DNA of 64,000 bases from Chrysomallon squamiferum (lineage: Eukaryota; Animalia; Mollusca), in the NCBI GenBank assembly GCA_012295275.1, contig CM022676.1, positions 13,392,001-13,456,000 of the forward strand, written 5' to 3'. The position numbers were made by a program, and so were the translations under genes. Below the pieces are notes generated by a model that was given only the letters and a program-made list of their open reading frames with translations, was not told the origin of the DNA and made no database searches. This document shows, piece by piece, positions 52,230 through 64,000 of this stretch (the first letter of the stretch is position 1; each line of letters opens with the position of its first letter).

Positions 52230-52323
52230 ACAGCGCTGTAGTAATAACGTGACACAGTAAGATGACCTAGATAAAGTACAACTGGTGCACCCGGAAGAAA
52301 CAAGTTTAGTCACAACATTCACA
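52230..52323 (+). promoter_or_regulatory. Cassette promoter of gene D
   Basis: ACAGCGCTGTAGTAATAACGTGACACAGTAAGATGACCTAGATAAAGTACAACTGGTGCACCCGGAAGAAACAAGTTTAGTCACAACATTCACA; contains AGATAA (GATA) and CCGGAAG (ETS) matches. Confidence 0.7.
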
Positions 52324-53523
52324 ATGGCGCTGTTTCGATATTTACTTGTTTCTGTCTTCATTGTTAGTTACTGTCTAGGTAAGCTTTTATTTTTAGTTCT
52401 TAGTTGATAAATTAAATCAAATATTTTGGATATTATCGATAATAAGATCCATGTATTGAAAAAGTATTTATTTAAGCTGTGTCCTGATTAGCGGTGGTTT
52501 AGTGTTAAAACGTACATAAAGATTTATCACTGTATATTATTTAAACTGCACAGTTTGTATATCACAAGTGAACGAATTCTGTGCTGAAAATAGAATTTTA
52601 ATTAAACATTTCCAAGTGTGTTAAAAATAAAAATTATATTCCATTGTGAGATTAATTACACAGAACGGTTTTATATTTGTTCGTTTCGTTTACTTTTTAA
52701 TCAAAAATACTCATAAGACATTTAATGATTTTTATTTATTTATTGATTTATTCGAAAATTAAGACAGTATCTAAAGCCAGCTTTTTATTTTTGAAAACAA
52801 CACTAGTTGTTTAGACAACAGACACGTATGAAACAAGACAGTAAACACGTTATACAGTATCGTGTTCGAGTATTGTTATTTGTAAAGAAAGAAATCATTT
52901 ACTCGATGTTTTATGATTCATGCTACATGATTCACGAAAATACGACATCAAACATATTGTAAAGATGAAAACACATAAAAATCCAATAAAACAGCTACAG
53001 TAATGTGAAAAACTTGTGAGTTTCAATTATCAGCAACAGATATTTCATATTTATACACATTCTGAACTTTACAAACAGTAAAACAAGGCAGTTAGAAAAT
53101 AGGTCAGAATCCAGAAAATGTCATTTGTCTCCCATTTGTTACACAGTCAGCTTAATGGAATAGTTACCAGCTGAACATATTTATATATAACACTGTGATG
53201 TAACACGTGATACTGCATACATATACAGAATGTGATTCTTAGTTCATATTATTCCTGAAATGTGACTGAATTCATAACAAATGGATGTGGATACATATTT
53301 GTGTTCTTGTTTCTGAATTGTTCCCTAAGCTGACTCTGTAACAACTAGGAAGATGAGTCCATTATTGTATAACACATGTTGTTAAAAGATGTGTGACAAA
53401 CGAGTCGAGTAACAAATTGAATGATACCCTACAAACATATCATTCCAGCTAACTGTGTTTTCCTCACTATGAAAAGTATTTTAGTAATGTATTAGCTTTA
53501 AAATAGTTTTGTTCTTAATTTAA

Positions 53524-53586
<63 letters not shown>

Positions 53587-56500
53587 TATTTGTATTTTTA
53601 TTTGTATTTTTATTTGTATTTTTTTTTAAATACAAAAGACATTTATATTGCTATTGTGGTAGAGGATTATTCCGGTGTCATTTATTATTAATGTTTTTTT
53701 TTTTGTTTATATATCTATTTTCATTACTTNNNNNNNNNNNNNNNNNNNNNNNNNNNNNNNNNNNNNNNNNNNNNNNNNNNNNNNNNNNNNNNNNNNNNNN
53801 NNNNNNNNNNNNNNNNNNNNNNNNNNNNNNNNNNNNNNNNNNNNNNNNNNNNNNNNNNNNNNNNNNNNNNNNNNNNNNNNNNNNNNNNNNNNNNNNNNNN
53901 NNNNNNNNNNNNNNNNNNNNNNNNNNNNNTACTGAGGAAGAAACAGCAACAATTGATCTCCACATCGCCGCATAAAGTAATCGGACAGGGTAGAGAAGGA
54001 TATTTCACTGGAAACATGATCTCTGTCACATTGAAACAAACTGAGAGAAGTGAAATAAAACATTGCCACATCTGTCTTCTTGATTTGTTTTTCATACTTT
54101 TACATCTTTTTTTGATGTTATAACCTCTATCGATGCATTTCAAATGCACTGAGAAACATTTATTTCAATATGAAAAACCACACCCATTTGTACCCATTTC
54201 TTTCCATTAAGTTGCACTATTCTAAGTTGAAAATTATACAGTGTAAATTGAATATAAATCATGAAAAAAGTCACCAAGAAATGATACTCAGGTAGACATG
54301 CATTAAGCCAGTACAGATATTTATAGTCCAAGAGCTGACTCATCTAAAAATATGTTGTATCACCCCAAATATTCAGAAGGTTTGATAGTAGATTTAATTT
54401 GGACATCATCCCAGGAATGTTTTAGGACTGGTAGTACTGTCAAATTGTGATATCACAAAACTGAAGGGAGTAAAGGGTTGTGAAATATATATTTTACACT
54501 ATACTCATAGTTGGTGGAGAAATACACAATGAATAATCAAATTCTTCCATATGCGATATACTTTTGTTTAAGTTTTTAGTATGTTTTTTCATGGTCTCTT
54601 GCTTAATTGTCTAATAATTGCTATGAGTATATTGTAAAATAGATGTTTTTGTACCCCTTGTCCCTTCTAGCAAATTAGTGATATCATAACATAAAAGTAC
54701 CATTGGTCCTAAAATCTTCCTTGGATGATGCACAAACTAAATCTACCATCAGACCTGATGAATACTCGGGGTGATGCAAAATCAAGTTTGGTCTGCCATA
54801 CTGTTTTGAATTTTTCACTTACTTTTGAATGCTTTATTTTATTCTCAGTTTGAGGTCCTGTCTGAATAAAAATTGCATGAATTGTTTTTATTGCACAAGT
54901 GTTATCTTGTATTTGTGAAAAAAGGGTTTAATCTCAATGGAAAGGCCTTGGTTAGCAACAGTCTCATTTGTTTTTATCAAACATGTAAACATGTTTCACA
55001 AATATCATTCATATACTACTTTTTACACTGGTCATTTAAGCTCTATGAGCTTTCTTCGTATAACAGTCTTGACTAAACAGATGTTCAGTATCTTAGCTTC
55101 ATTTGTTTGTCCAGTGTAAAAAACTGTTTGCCATACAAATGCAATGAAGTCTCTTGACTATTTTCAGATAGCAGACCCCTTTCAAAAATTATCACTGGAA
55201 TGAGAAATATTTTGTCTTCTAAAGAACAGTAGAATTGAAGCAGAAAGCAACATCTGCTTAAAGGTTTTTGTATTTGAACAATATGACCATTCTTTTCATA
55301 AGGTGTCAATTAGACCTCATCAAATTACTATACATTTTCATTGAAATGATAATGATGCTGGTTATGTATACATTGTCTGATTATACATCCACCTTGGTTA
55401 ATAAATCACCAAAGCTATTTAGGCATCACTTTTTGGCAAAATGTTAGTTTAAGACTGTGTATTGAACACTTTGGCACAAAGTCTATGAAGGTTTTGAGCA
55501 GTTATTTATTTCTAATGCCACAAAAAAGCAAAAACATCTAGTGACAGGACTTCAGTTTCGAAAGTGTTGTGATCTAAGAATATCCTTCATATTCTTAATT
55601 GTTTAATCTGCAGTATTTACCTTTTTATTTGCTTTTTCTGTAATGGTAACATAGACCATTACAAATTTCCTTATTCAGTCTCCTCTTTCATTTGACATTT
55701 GCTTCATTATATTCATAGCCCTATTCAAACAGGTTCTTAGAAACAGATTCAAAAGTTACTTCTTAGTGAAATTCAGCTTCTACTATTTATATTCACATCA
55801 GCAAACGTGTAACTTTTGTAAGTACTATTACCATGTAATATATATTCAGTTCTTGTCCATGTATTCTCACTGGAAAATGCTTTCAGGAGGAAAGAGTAGT
55901 CAACAAATCATTTTATCATTATGTAGCCTTTACTGGCACTAAAATTACACTTAGAAGGAAGAAGAAAACTGCAGTTTGTTAAAAGATAACAAATGTCCTC
56001 ATAAAAATAACATTTTAGATTTTCCTATTTATCTCTACTAAATTAATTCATCATCTAGATTGTTTTACTCTCATTAATTTGGTTTAACAGCTATGTTTGT
56101 AGTAAAAGTAGATGTGAAATTATGAATTTTCAAAGATATATTTATTTTTTTATTTATTTTTTGCCTAGTGCAAATGAATGGTTTTATTTTATTTTAGTAA
56201 ACTTAATCATCACAAAATATTTTTCTCTTGGTTCTTATAATTAAAACTTCTAAAATAAAATATGTTATTAACATGATTTTTCCACCCTTCCATAACCACT
56301 GAAAATTCCTTGTATAGTGAAATTGTGGCCACCAAAATTTTTAAAAAAAAGAGAAAAACATGTTAACCTTGGAAATGGACATTTTCAATATGAAAAATTA
56401 ACATATTGTCCTGTTGGGTATCTGTGTGACAATGAATAGTTATTAATAATTCAATGGGCAACAAGTAATTCATTTTCTTTAAAAGATTGTAAAAATGATT

Positions 56501-59500
56501 ACATTATTATTCTGTCAATCATTGTTGAAGTGTGTAATATGATAATGAAAGAAAAACAAGAAAATTAATTTCAAAATATTAAAATAATGTATCTTTATTA
56601 GAAAAATAAAAAGATAAAAAAAAGTAAATAAATAAACCTTGGAAACTGAGAATTTAGTGCCATCAGTCACAGAGATATGATTTCAGTAATGTCAGTCTAG
56701 AAATGTTTCAACAAAGTTGCTTGCAAAACAAGATGACACATAAATGTAAGACTGTTTTTATTCTTCTTTTTTTTCAATACATTCATAATACTATGATGTT
56801 TTGGTCTTGAATAAATTTGAAATTTTGCCAGTGGCATCCACCTTTAAAGAAAAAGAAAATTTAAAAAATAAATTGCAGTATTGGTACTATAGCTTGTTAT
56901 ACATGTATGTATTATTTTTGTGTAAATTCTACACCTTCTTCTCCTTTTACTACTACTTATTATTATGCTTTATTTCTATTTGTTTTATTATTATTAATTA
57001 TCAAATCAATTAATAATCTTAAATAAATGTGAATATAATTTTGTTTTAACATACGTTGTCTGTAGTTTAGGTACATTTTGCACTAGGCTTTAATAAAGAG
57101 TAGAGATGATGTTTATTTGTTGTAGGTTTGCATCTATTGCTCATTATAAACTGACTTTTGGTTCACTAATCTCAATTTTCATAGACATTCCTTTTCTTTA
57201 AATTATTATTAATATTATTATTATCATTATTATGTTTTTATATGTTCTGTCTTATTCTATTATAATTAATAATTTAAAATCAGTTTAAAATGAGAAGAAA
57301 AAATGTAATTCATATGAAGATTCATGATTCTGTTAATTTAACATTTCTAAATATCTGCCTGTTTTATTTTCATGCAAAAAATGAAAACCAGTTGTTTCTT
57401 AATTGAATTTAAATTGACGAACTAAATAATATGTGTATATATATTTTTATAGGTTTGGTAAACCTTTCCGGTTCTCCGTCTGCTGTGTTGAGTCAGACCT
57501 ACACATTCCAGTGTTCTGTGTCAGGCAGCATCACTTTACCTGTCACCTTTCTAAGAAATGGAAAAATTGTTTGTACAGTTCTGTCATCTTGTCAACAAGC
57601 TGATTCTGATACTGTTTACTCTTGTAAATGTGCTGGTGACACTGGAACGTCTAAACTCTTCAATCTCACAGTAAACAGTGTCAGTCTTGTAGATGAAACT
57701 ATGTGGACATGCACCTATTATAAAAGTGTTAGCAACAGTTTTGATTTACAAATTTTCAGTAAGTTATTTGTTATTAATTTACTTAAGTAATATTTTTTAA
57801 TTACATTAAGTAATATTTTTTAATATTGTACTTTACTGTAGCAAATATTAATTATAATCTATACCTAGTAATTTTCAACCATTGTGCTATGTGAGAGATT
57901 GTCATGTGTGCCATCTGAAATTATCCAGTTACACTTAATTGTACCAAAACATATGATTTATTTACTGCAAATAATTTGCCATGATTGTGCATCTGTGCCT
58001 TCAATGTTAGTGTCTGGTAAAGTAATTAAATACTCTTTCATGACTAAATTGTTATTGTAAATGTATTATTTTGTAACACTTTTGGTTGGTGGTGTGATTG
58101 TATTAATGTAAAAAGTGTTCAATGGCTCAAAAAAGGTTAAAAAACACTGGTACCCAATAACATTTTTATTCATGAATTAGATCACAAATTGTAAAATGAA
58201 AATTGGAATATACATTTGTCATGTAAAATAATACTGTCAAACAAAAATAAGATATTTTGCATTTTGTTTTCTGTTTTATTTTCTTAAAACCAATCCAAAA
58301 ATGTATAATCAAAGATAAAAAAAATAAAAAAAATGTATCATTGTGTCATTATTATGGTATTTCCACCATTAAGCTGATTATAATGCATTTAAATGGAATA
58401 TTTTGTTTTCTAATACATAGGCTATATTTTATTAATTTATGTCAGAAACAGTTAATGCAAATTATACATATTTGGCAGGTATAAGCACTTATTTACTGTA
58501 AATTATATTATTTTGACTTATGTTACTTCCTCATTTGTAACAAGAATAGTTGCTTCTGTATTTTGATCACAAATGAAGTATATTTAACTGAGCTTCAAAA
58601 ATGTCCACTAACTTCAAGTTAAATGTAATGTACTAAACACAAGGTGACTTAACACTAGCTGTCTGAAAAAGAATTGGAAGATAAATAATATTTTATTATT
58701 ATTTTTTTTAAATAGCGAATACGGTCATTTTGTGCTGTAGCTCACAACAAATATACAAACTTCATTTCACACCAAGCAGCTCAACAGTCTGATTTGATGA
58801 TGTTACTTACACATTTGTAGCAAGCACATGTCCTCCTTTTTGAATAAATTTAAACATAAGATTTAAAGAGAATATATGGACTTGTTGCACTAAAAATAAT
58901 TTATAATTTCTCTCAAGAATAATAGTTTAGGTGTTCAAGCAAACTTGGTCAATTGCTTTAATAATCTTGACATATTAAACATTTAAATATATGAAGGCCA
59001 CAATGGTTAAAAAAAAAAATAAATAAATAAATAAATAAAAATAAAAAGTAATAATAGTAATAATAAAATAAAATAAATAATAATAAAAATAATTGGACAT
59101 TGCCTGTTTTATCTGTTTATGTGTAAATAATATTGTGAATACAAATGTCAGGTTTGTCTTTGTGATGCTGAAAGATTTTAAATAAAAGTTATTTTTTTTC
59201 CAGTTGTAGTTTAGTCTGTAGGTGCTTTGCCTTCAGCACCATAACCATAAGTTAATTGCTACTTAAAAATGATAGTTTTCTCTTTTCAATGTTCATCAAA
59301 GGACTCCATTGTTATCACACAGTTGTAGATAGTGCAAGAATAATTTATCTACAAATATAAAGTAAATTATATTATTCAAAATAGATGATCAGCAATGAAT
59401 ACAGTAACAAAATAATTGATACTTATCTATTCAATCCTTTGTTTACATATTTAATTCAAATTAATGTTCATATATCTCTTGGCATTGTTTGAAGGTATAT

Positions 59501-62500
59501 AGAAAACAAACAGACTATATGACTATGCAGTTCTTATTCAACATCCATTCTAGACAAATTCCAAGTCAGCTGCTGATGCACTAAAGACATCTGAGCAGCT
59601 CACAGACTAAACGACTCTCAGGCTTGACACGAGATCATCATCGATGGCCAGTGAATATTCTACCAACTGCTCAGATAATAATGAACTTGTCATTGTGGTT
59701 CCACCATATACCATCTACAGTGACTTGCCTCCTCAACATTTTGTATATGACACTGACTCAGAAGTGTGGGACAGCAAGTTTCAAGCTGTTGTTGGACATA
59801 ACCATCCTGCATTTTGGAAGTTTATTCATTGCTTATCTTTACAACATGGTGTCAGACCCAAAGACTAGAAATGGCTGAAGTATTCACTGAACTAACATTG
59901 TACAATCCTTCATCTGTACAAATGATCACATTTTCAGATTTGACAACACTGCAGACAATGATCACATATCCTCTGCTGCTGGAATACATTACATTTCAGC
60001 AAACCTTAATCACCACCTGATTCAAACTGAAATAACAATTGATGTAACATGTATATTAAAAAGGAATTGCACATGCATGTTATGTGCATCATGAAGCAGG
60101 CAATCATCAGCTGTCACCAGACCTTTGCTGTCTCCAAGAGGCAAATAGGATCTCTGTAGTGTAATACGATTGTTACTGAATGTCAATTAAGATCTTTACC
60201 TAGATTAAGAAAAACAAAATAAAATAAAAAAAAGGAAAACAACAACAATCAAAAACTAAAATGCAGCAGCATTTTGAGGTTTTCAGTTTAATTTATTATT
60301 ATTTTTATTTAATTAAATCACATTGGACTTTTTAACAATCTATGTATAATTATTAATATTAATTTGCAATCACTTATATGTTTTGTTTCTACAAGTACAA
60401 TACTTTATTTTATTATTCATATTAACCTAGTGTCTTGTTGGATGTTGGAACTGGAAAAGTAGATGGCAACCATTGAATTCATATTTGGCAAAGATATGAA
60501 CAGAATTTTTAGTTCTGCTAGTTTAATTTCAGAAAAATAATAAACTAAACATTTTCTCATAATTCCTTACAAAACCATCAAAACTTCAAACTTTTATTTT
60601 GAATTAAACATCCACTTTTAACATTCTTATTTAAGTAAATGTACCATTGCATGATAAGCATAAAATTTATTTTTTCTACTTTAGAAAATACATTAAAAAA
60701 AAATCAAAATTTTTATTATTATTTTTTTTTTTTCAGACTAATAATAATACTAATAACACTAATAACAAGATTTTTTTTTTTTATATATATATATCTGAAA
60801 TATGTTATCAGTAGCAAATTTAATTTTAATAATCTATTGTTTTATAAATTCTGGTTAAACAGAAATTTACCTCTTTCAGCTCAAGTTAATTACACAAATA
60901 TAGAAGTTTCTGGATCAAGGCCAAACTCACTTAACATGACTGAGGGAGACTCTGCTGTTTTTACCTGTGTTGTACATGGAGCCAAACCAGCACCAAAAGA
61001 GACACAGATCTTGTGGTATGTAGACAGTAACAAGCTTCCTGTCAGCATCACTGGATCTCCCACTACTACTGACAGACTGACAACATTAAATGTGACGTAC
61101 ACAGCCAGCAGAGATCATGATGGTCAGAAAGTTTTCTGTGCTGCTGAAAATGACTGGATGATTGACAAAAATATTCCTGCTGTCAACTCAACTAACAAAA
61201 TTGGATTAGTAATTCAAAGTAATTATCTGTTATTTAATTTATTTTTTACAAATTTAGAAATCTCTCATTTATTTCAGCATATATTTCATGTGAATGACAT
61301 TAATATTGGATTAGAACTGCAAATTAATATCAGTAATTAATATTGTACAGTTTGGTCAATTATGAAAATTATTTAAAATATCTATCTAAAACAACTGATT
61401 GTTTGAAAAAATTAGACATCAATGTGTGTGTGTGTGTGTGTGTGTGATTTCTATGTGAATGTACTTGTAACATTGCCATATGTTTTTATTTCCATTACTA
61501 CATTTACTTGAATTAAACAGTTTACAGAACACAAATGGCAGATAACATAAAATTTCATTCATAATTATTCACTTTTGTCAAATGTTGTTATGTCATGAGA
61601 GAAAAACTATGACATCTGAAAATACAATTAAATAAATTATCCAAATATATTAGAATCCACATTCACAAAACTTTTTCTTTTTTTTTCTTTCAATTTTTAA
61701 TTAATAAAGAAAACTTTAAACTGAATTCACTTTTTATTTGATAGTAGTACTTAGATATTAGTTTGATAATAAAACTAAATAAGGTATGAAAATATTTTGT
61801 ACTTCAACTGAACTTGGGATCTGTTAATCAAACACATTTGTATTCTAAATGCCATTAGTCTAAGGGAGTCTTCATCCAAAAAGAATAAATTTCAAAATTT
61901 AAAATTAATTTTAGTTTATTTTTATTAATTTTGAAATGTTCTCTTCTAGATCCACCAGACTTTCCGTTTACAAGTGGTGAGTGTCCAGATACTTACATAG
62001 AGTCAGGACAGAGTGGAACTTGTGTGTGTAACACCACTTTTCTAGGAACACCTGCTGGCACAGTAAGCTGGATAACTCCTGATGGAACTGTCACACACAC
62101 ACAAACTCTTGTCTTGAAATCTATTAACAGAAAGTACAACAATCAGAACTACACTTGTCAAGTGAGAAACTACGTGGAGACCAGAAACTTGACATTTACA
62201 ACAAAACTAGCATGTATGTTTACAATATCAATGTACGAATTTTAGTAACATTTTTCTTATTTGTCTGTAAATCCTCTGTGATTCACAATTTTTGTAAATT
62301 AGTTTTTACTGTTAAAAAATAGTAGTGACACAAACTAAAATTGTTCTTCATAAAATGAATTGTTTGTGAAATTTTGTAATTTTCTAATACAGATTAACTG
62401 TTATTATCTACCATTTTATTCTGTCTTTTGTAAGATTAAAGATACAATATATTCTAATGATGTTCCAAATTTTAGTTGGTCCTGACAGAACTGATATAAA

Positions 62501-64000
62501 TGGAAACCAAGATAATTTTGATGCTGATGGAATCAGAAATTTGACCTTGACCTGTAAAAGTACATCATCAAGTCCCAGTGTGAACTTTACTTGGAGAAAC
62601 CTCACTAGTGGTCAGATTCTGATTTCAAATGAACCAATCAGAGAACAAGACGCTGGTGATGGAGGAAAGCTGTTTAGTCAGAATCTGGTTTTGGTTCCAC
62701 AGTGGTATCAAGATGGAGATGAAATAGAATGTGAAATACAGAATTCTCAGATACCTGAACAAAACTCAAAAACAAAAACTACACTGAGTTTGATTTGTGA
62801 GTAGAATGTAAAATATTATTTATAATAATAGTAATGATGATGAAAATAATAATTAGCAGGCTCTTAATATATACTAGATTTAGATTTGCTAAATTTTTGA
62901 TTAACAAGACATATGACATTTATATGTGTAATGTTACTCTTCACTTACAACTGGGCTAAAAAATGGACTAATTAACAGCAATCATTATATTTTTAAAATA
63001 TCTATCAAACGGATCAAAAAGTTATGCAATAATTAAATATCTATCTGTGTATGTCAGATTTATGAAGTAAACTACATCTAAAATTTTATTTATTGTTCCA
63101 TATTTATAGAAAACCATTAATAAATATACTGAAAATGAATCAACATAACTAATAAAAGTTTGATGTTTATTATAACTCAACATAAAATTATTGCATTCAG
63201 AGAAGGATGAAAAAGGATGATGCCAGACTAGAAATTTCCCCAGTTGGAGAAACATGGATGTAGTGTTATTTATCGAGAAAATTTGCCCCTTCTTTGCTAT
63301 ATGATTTAACAGTGACATATATTTCTTTCAACCATTCCGATGAACTGACTAATACATATGAGAGCACAGACTCTTTTCTGAAAATTAAAATGTCATCAGA
63401 GAGAAGACATAGTTATTTATAATAAATCTACGGATTTAAATCCATTCTCTTTTCCATAATACAGTAGTTCAAATGAGTATAATTACTATGATAATTTTTC
63501 TTTCAGCTGCACCTAAGATCATTAACAAAACAGAGAACATTGTGGGAGCTGAGATAGGAAATCCTGTTGTATTACACAAATCTGTGTTTTGTAAACCAAG
63601 TTACACAAATTTTACCTGGAGTAAATTTGATGATCAAACTGATTTTAACAACACTCTACAAATACACAGTAAAACAGTAACAGATTCTGGTTACACATTT
63701 TCTCTCAATATCAGTAATTTTACTCAAGATGACATTGGAACGTACAAACTGACTGTCTGTAATGAAGTTGGATGTTCTCAGTTTTCTGTGAACCTAACTG
63801 CAGCAGGTCCACCTCTTCCTCCTAAAGAGTTCCAACAAGAAAGAGAATCAACATCAGACACAGTGTTCTTGTCCTGGCTACCTAACTACCCAGGTGGTAA
63901 TTTCAAACAAAGATTTATACTGCAGTACAAACCACAAAGTGACTCTAACTGGATTACTGCTTGGCAAAGTGAATGGTTTGATGACTCAATACAAGGACAC
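52324..64000 (+). CDS. IgSF gene D (partial): SP-5xIg-FN3, nephrin-like cell-surface protein
   Basis: Exons 52324-52378 (MALFRYLLVSVFIVSYCLG), 57453-57758, 60880-61218, 61950-62213, 62476-62796, 63507 to beyond 64000, all phase 1 and open. The leader link crosses the 53730-53929 gap. Confidence 0.8.
54355..54780. mobile_element. MITE-like foldback element
   Basis: 54355-54510 is an imperfect reverse complement of 54620-54780 (TATCACCCC...CTATACTCATAG vs CTATGAGTATA...GGGGTGATGCA). Confidence 0.6.
55385..55805 (-). repeat. Inverted fragment of the upstream module inside gene D intron 1
   Basis: Similar to 2450-2950 in the same orientation and to 37560-38070 in reverse. Confidence 0.6.
57453..57758 (+). 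CDS. Gene D N-terminal Cys-rich V-like Ig exon
   Basis: YTFQC...VCTVLSSC...YSCKC...FNLTVNSVSLVDETMWTC. Confidence 0.85.
59560..59870 (+). mobile_element. Probable MULE/Mutator-like transposase remnant
   Basis: EVWDSKFQAVVGHNHPAFWKFIHCL resembles the EGWH..F...VG..HP..WKFI..L C-terminal segment of animal MULE transposases (from recall, not searched). Confidence 0.5.
60880..61218 (+). CDS. Gene D Ig domain 2 exon (C2-set)
   Basis: EGDSAVFTCVVHGAKPAP...ILWY...HDGQKVFCAAEN. Confidence 0.9.
61950..62213 (+). CDS. Gene D Ig domain 3 exon
   Basis: TCVCNTTFLGTPAGTVSW...NNQNYTCQVRN. Confidence 0.9.
62476..62796 (+). CDS. Gene D Ig domain 4 exon
   Basis: LTLTCKSTSSSPSVNFTW...QDGDEIECEIQN. Confidence 0.9.
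63507..64000 (+). CDS. Gene D Ig domain 5 + FN3 exon (runs off the window; not in the ORF track)
   Basis: APKII...NFTWSK...LNISNFTQDDIGTYKLTVCNEVG...AAGPPLPP...VFLSWLPNYPGGNFKQRFILQY, open to 64000. Confidence 0.9.

Noticed and set aside
52324-64000. Assigning gene symbols such as NPHS1, HMCN1 or Dscam
   Set aside because: Similarity is only at domain level; architectures differ and there are no arrays of mutually exclusive Ig exons.

Overview
AT-rich, microsatellite-rich animal genomic DNA with two 200-N scaffold gaps; no prokaryotic features. The style suggests a mollusc or other lophotrochozoan, but that is inference. The window is a cluster of intron-rich immunoglobulin-superfamily (IgSF) receptor genes. 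Gene C (about 35.8-48.7 kb, +) splices by hand into an open 934-aa protein: signal peptide, 7 Ig, FN3, TM, and a tail with a YxxL-x7-YxxL ITAM-like motif. Gene B (25.6-34.1 kb, +) gives leader-Ig-Ig-stalk-TM with a stop right after the membrane. Gene D (52.3 kb to beyond 64 kb, +) is a nephrin-like Ig/FN3 gene. Two pseudogenised copies sit in a large inverted duplication centred on the 13.3-13.5 kb gap, and the 5' end of another gene (A) points off the left edge. The most striking feature is a roughly 150-bp cassette, about 95 bp of conserved promoter-like sequence plus a 55-nt phase-1 signal-peptide exon. It occurs about 17 times (6 intact leaders) in arrays in front of each gene, although the Ig exons of B, C and D are barely alignable. 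Tigger-, MULE- and MITE-like remnants are also present. All coordinates and translations were read by eye.
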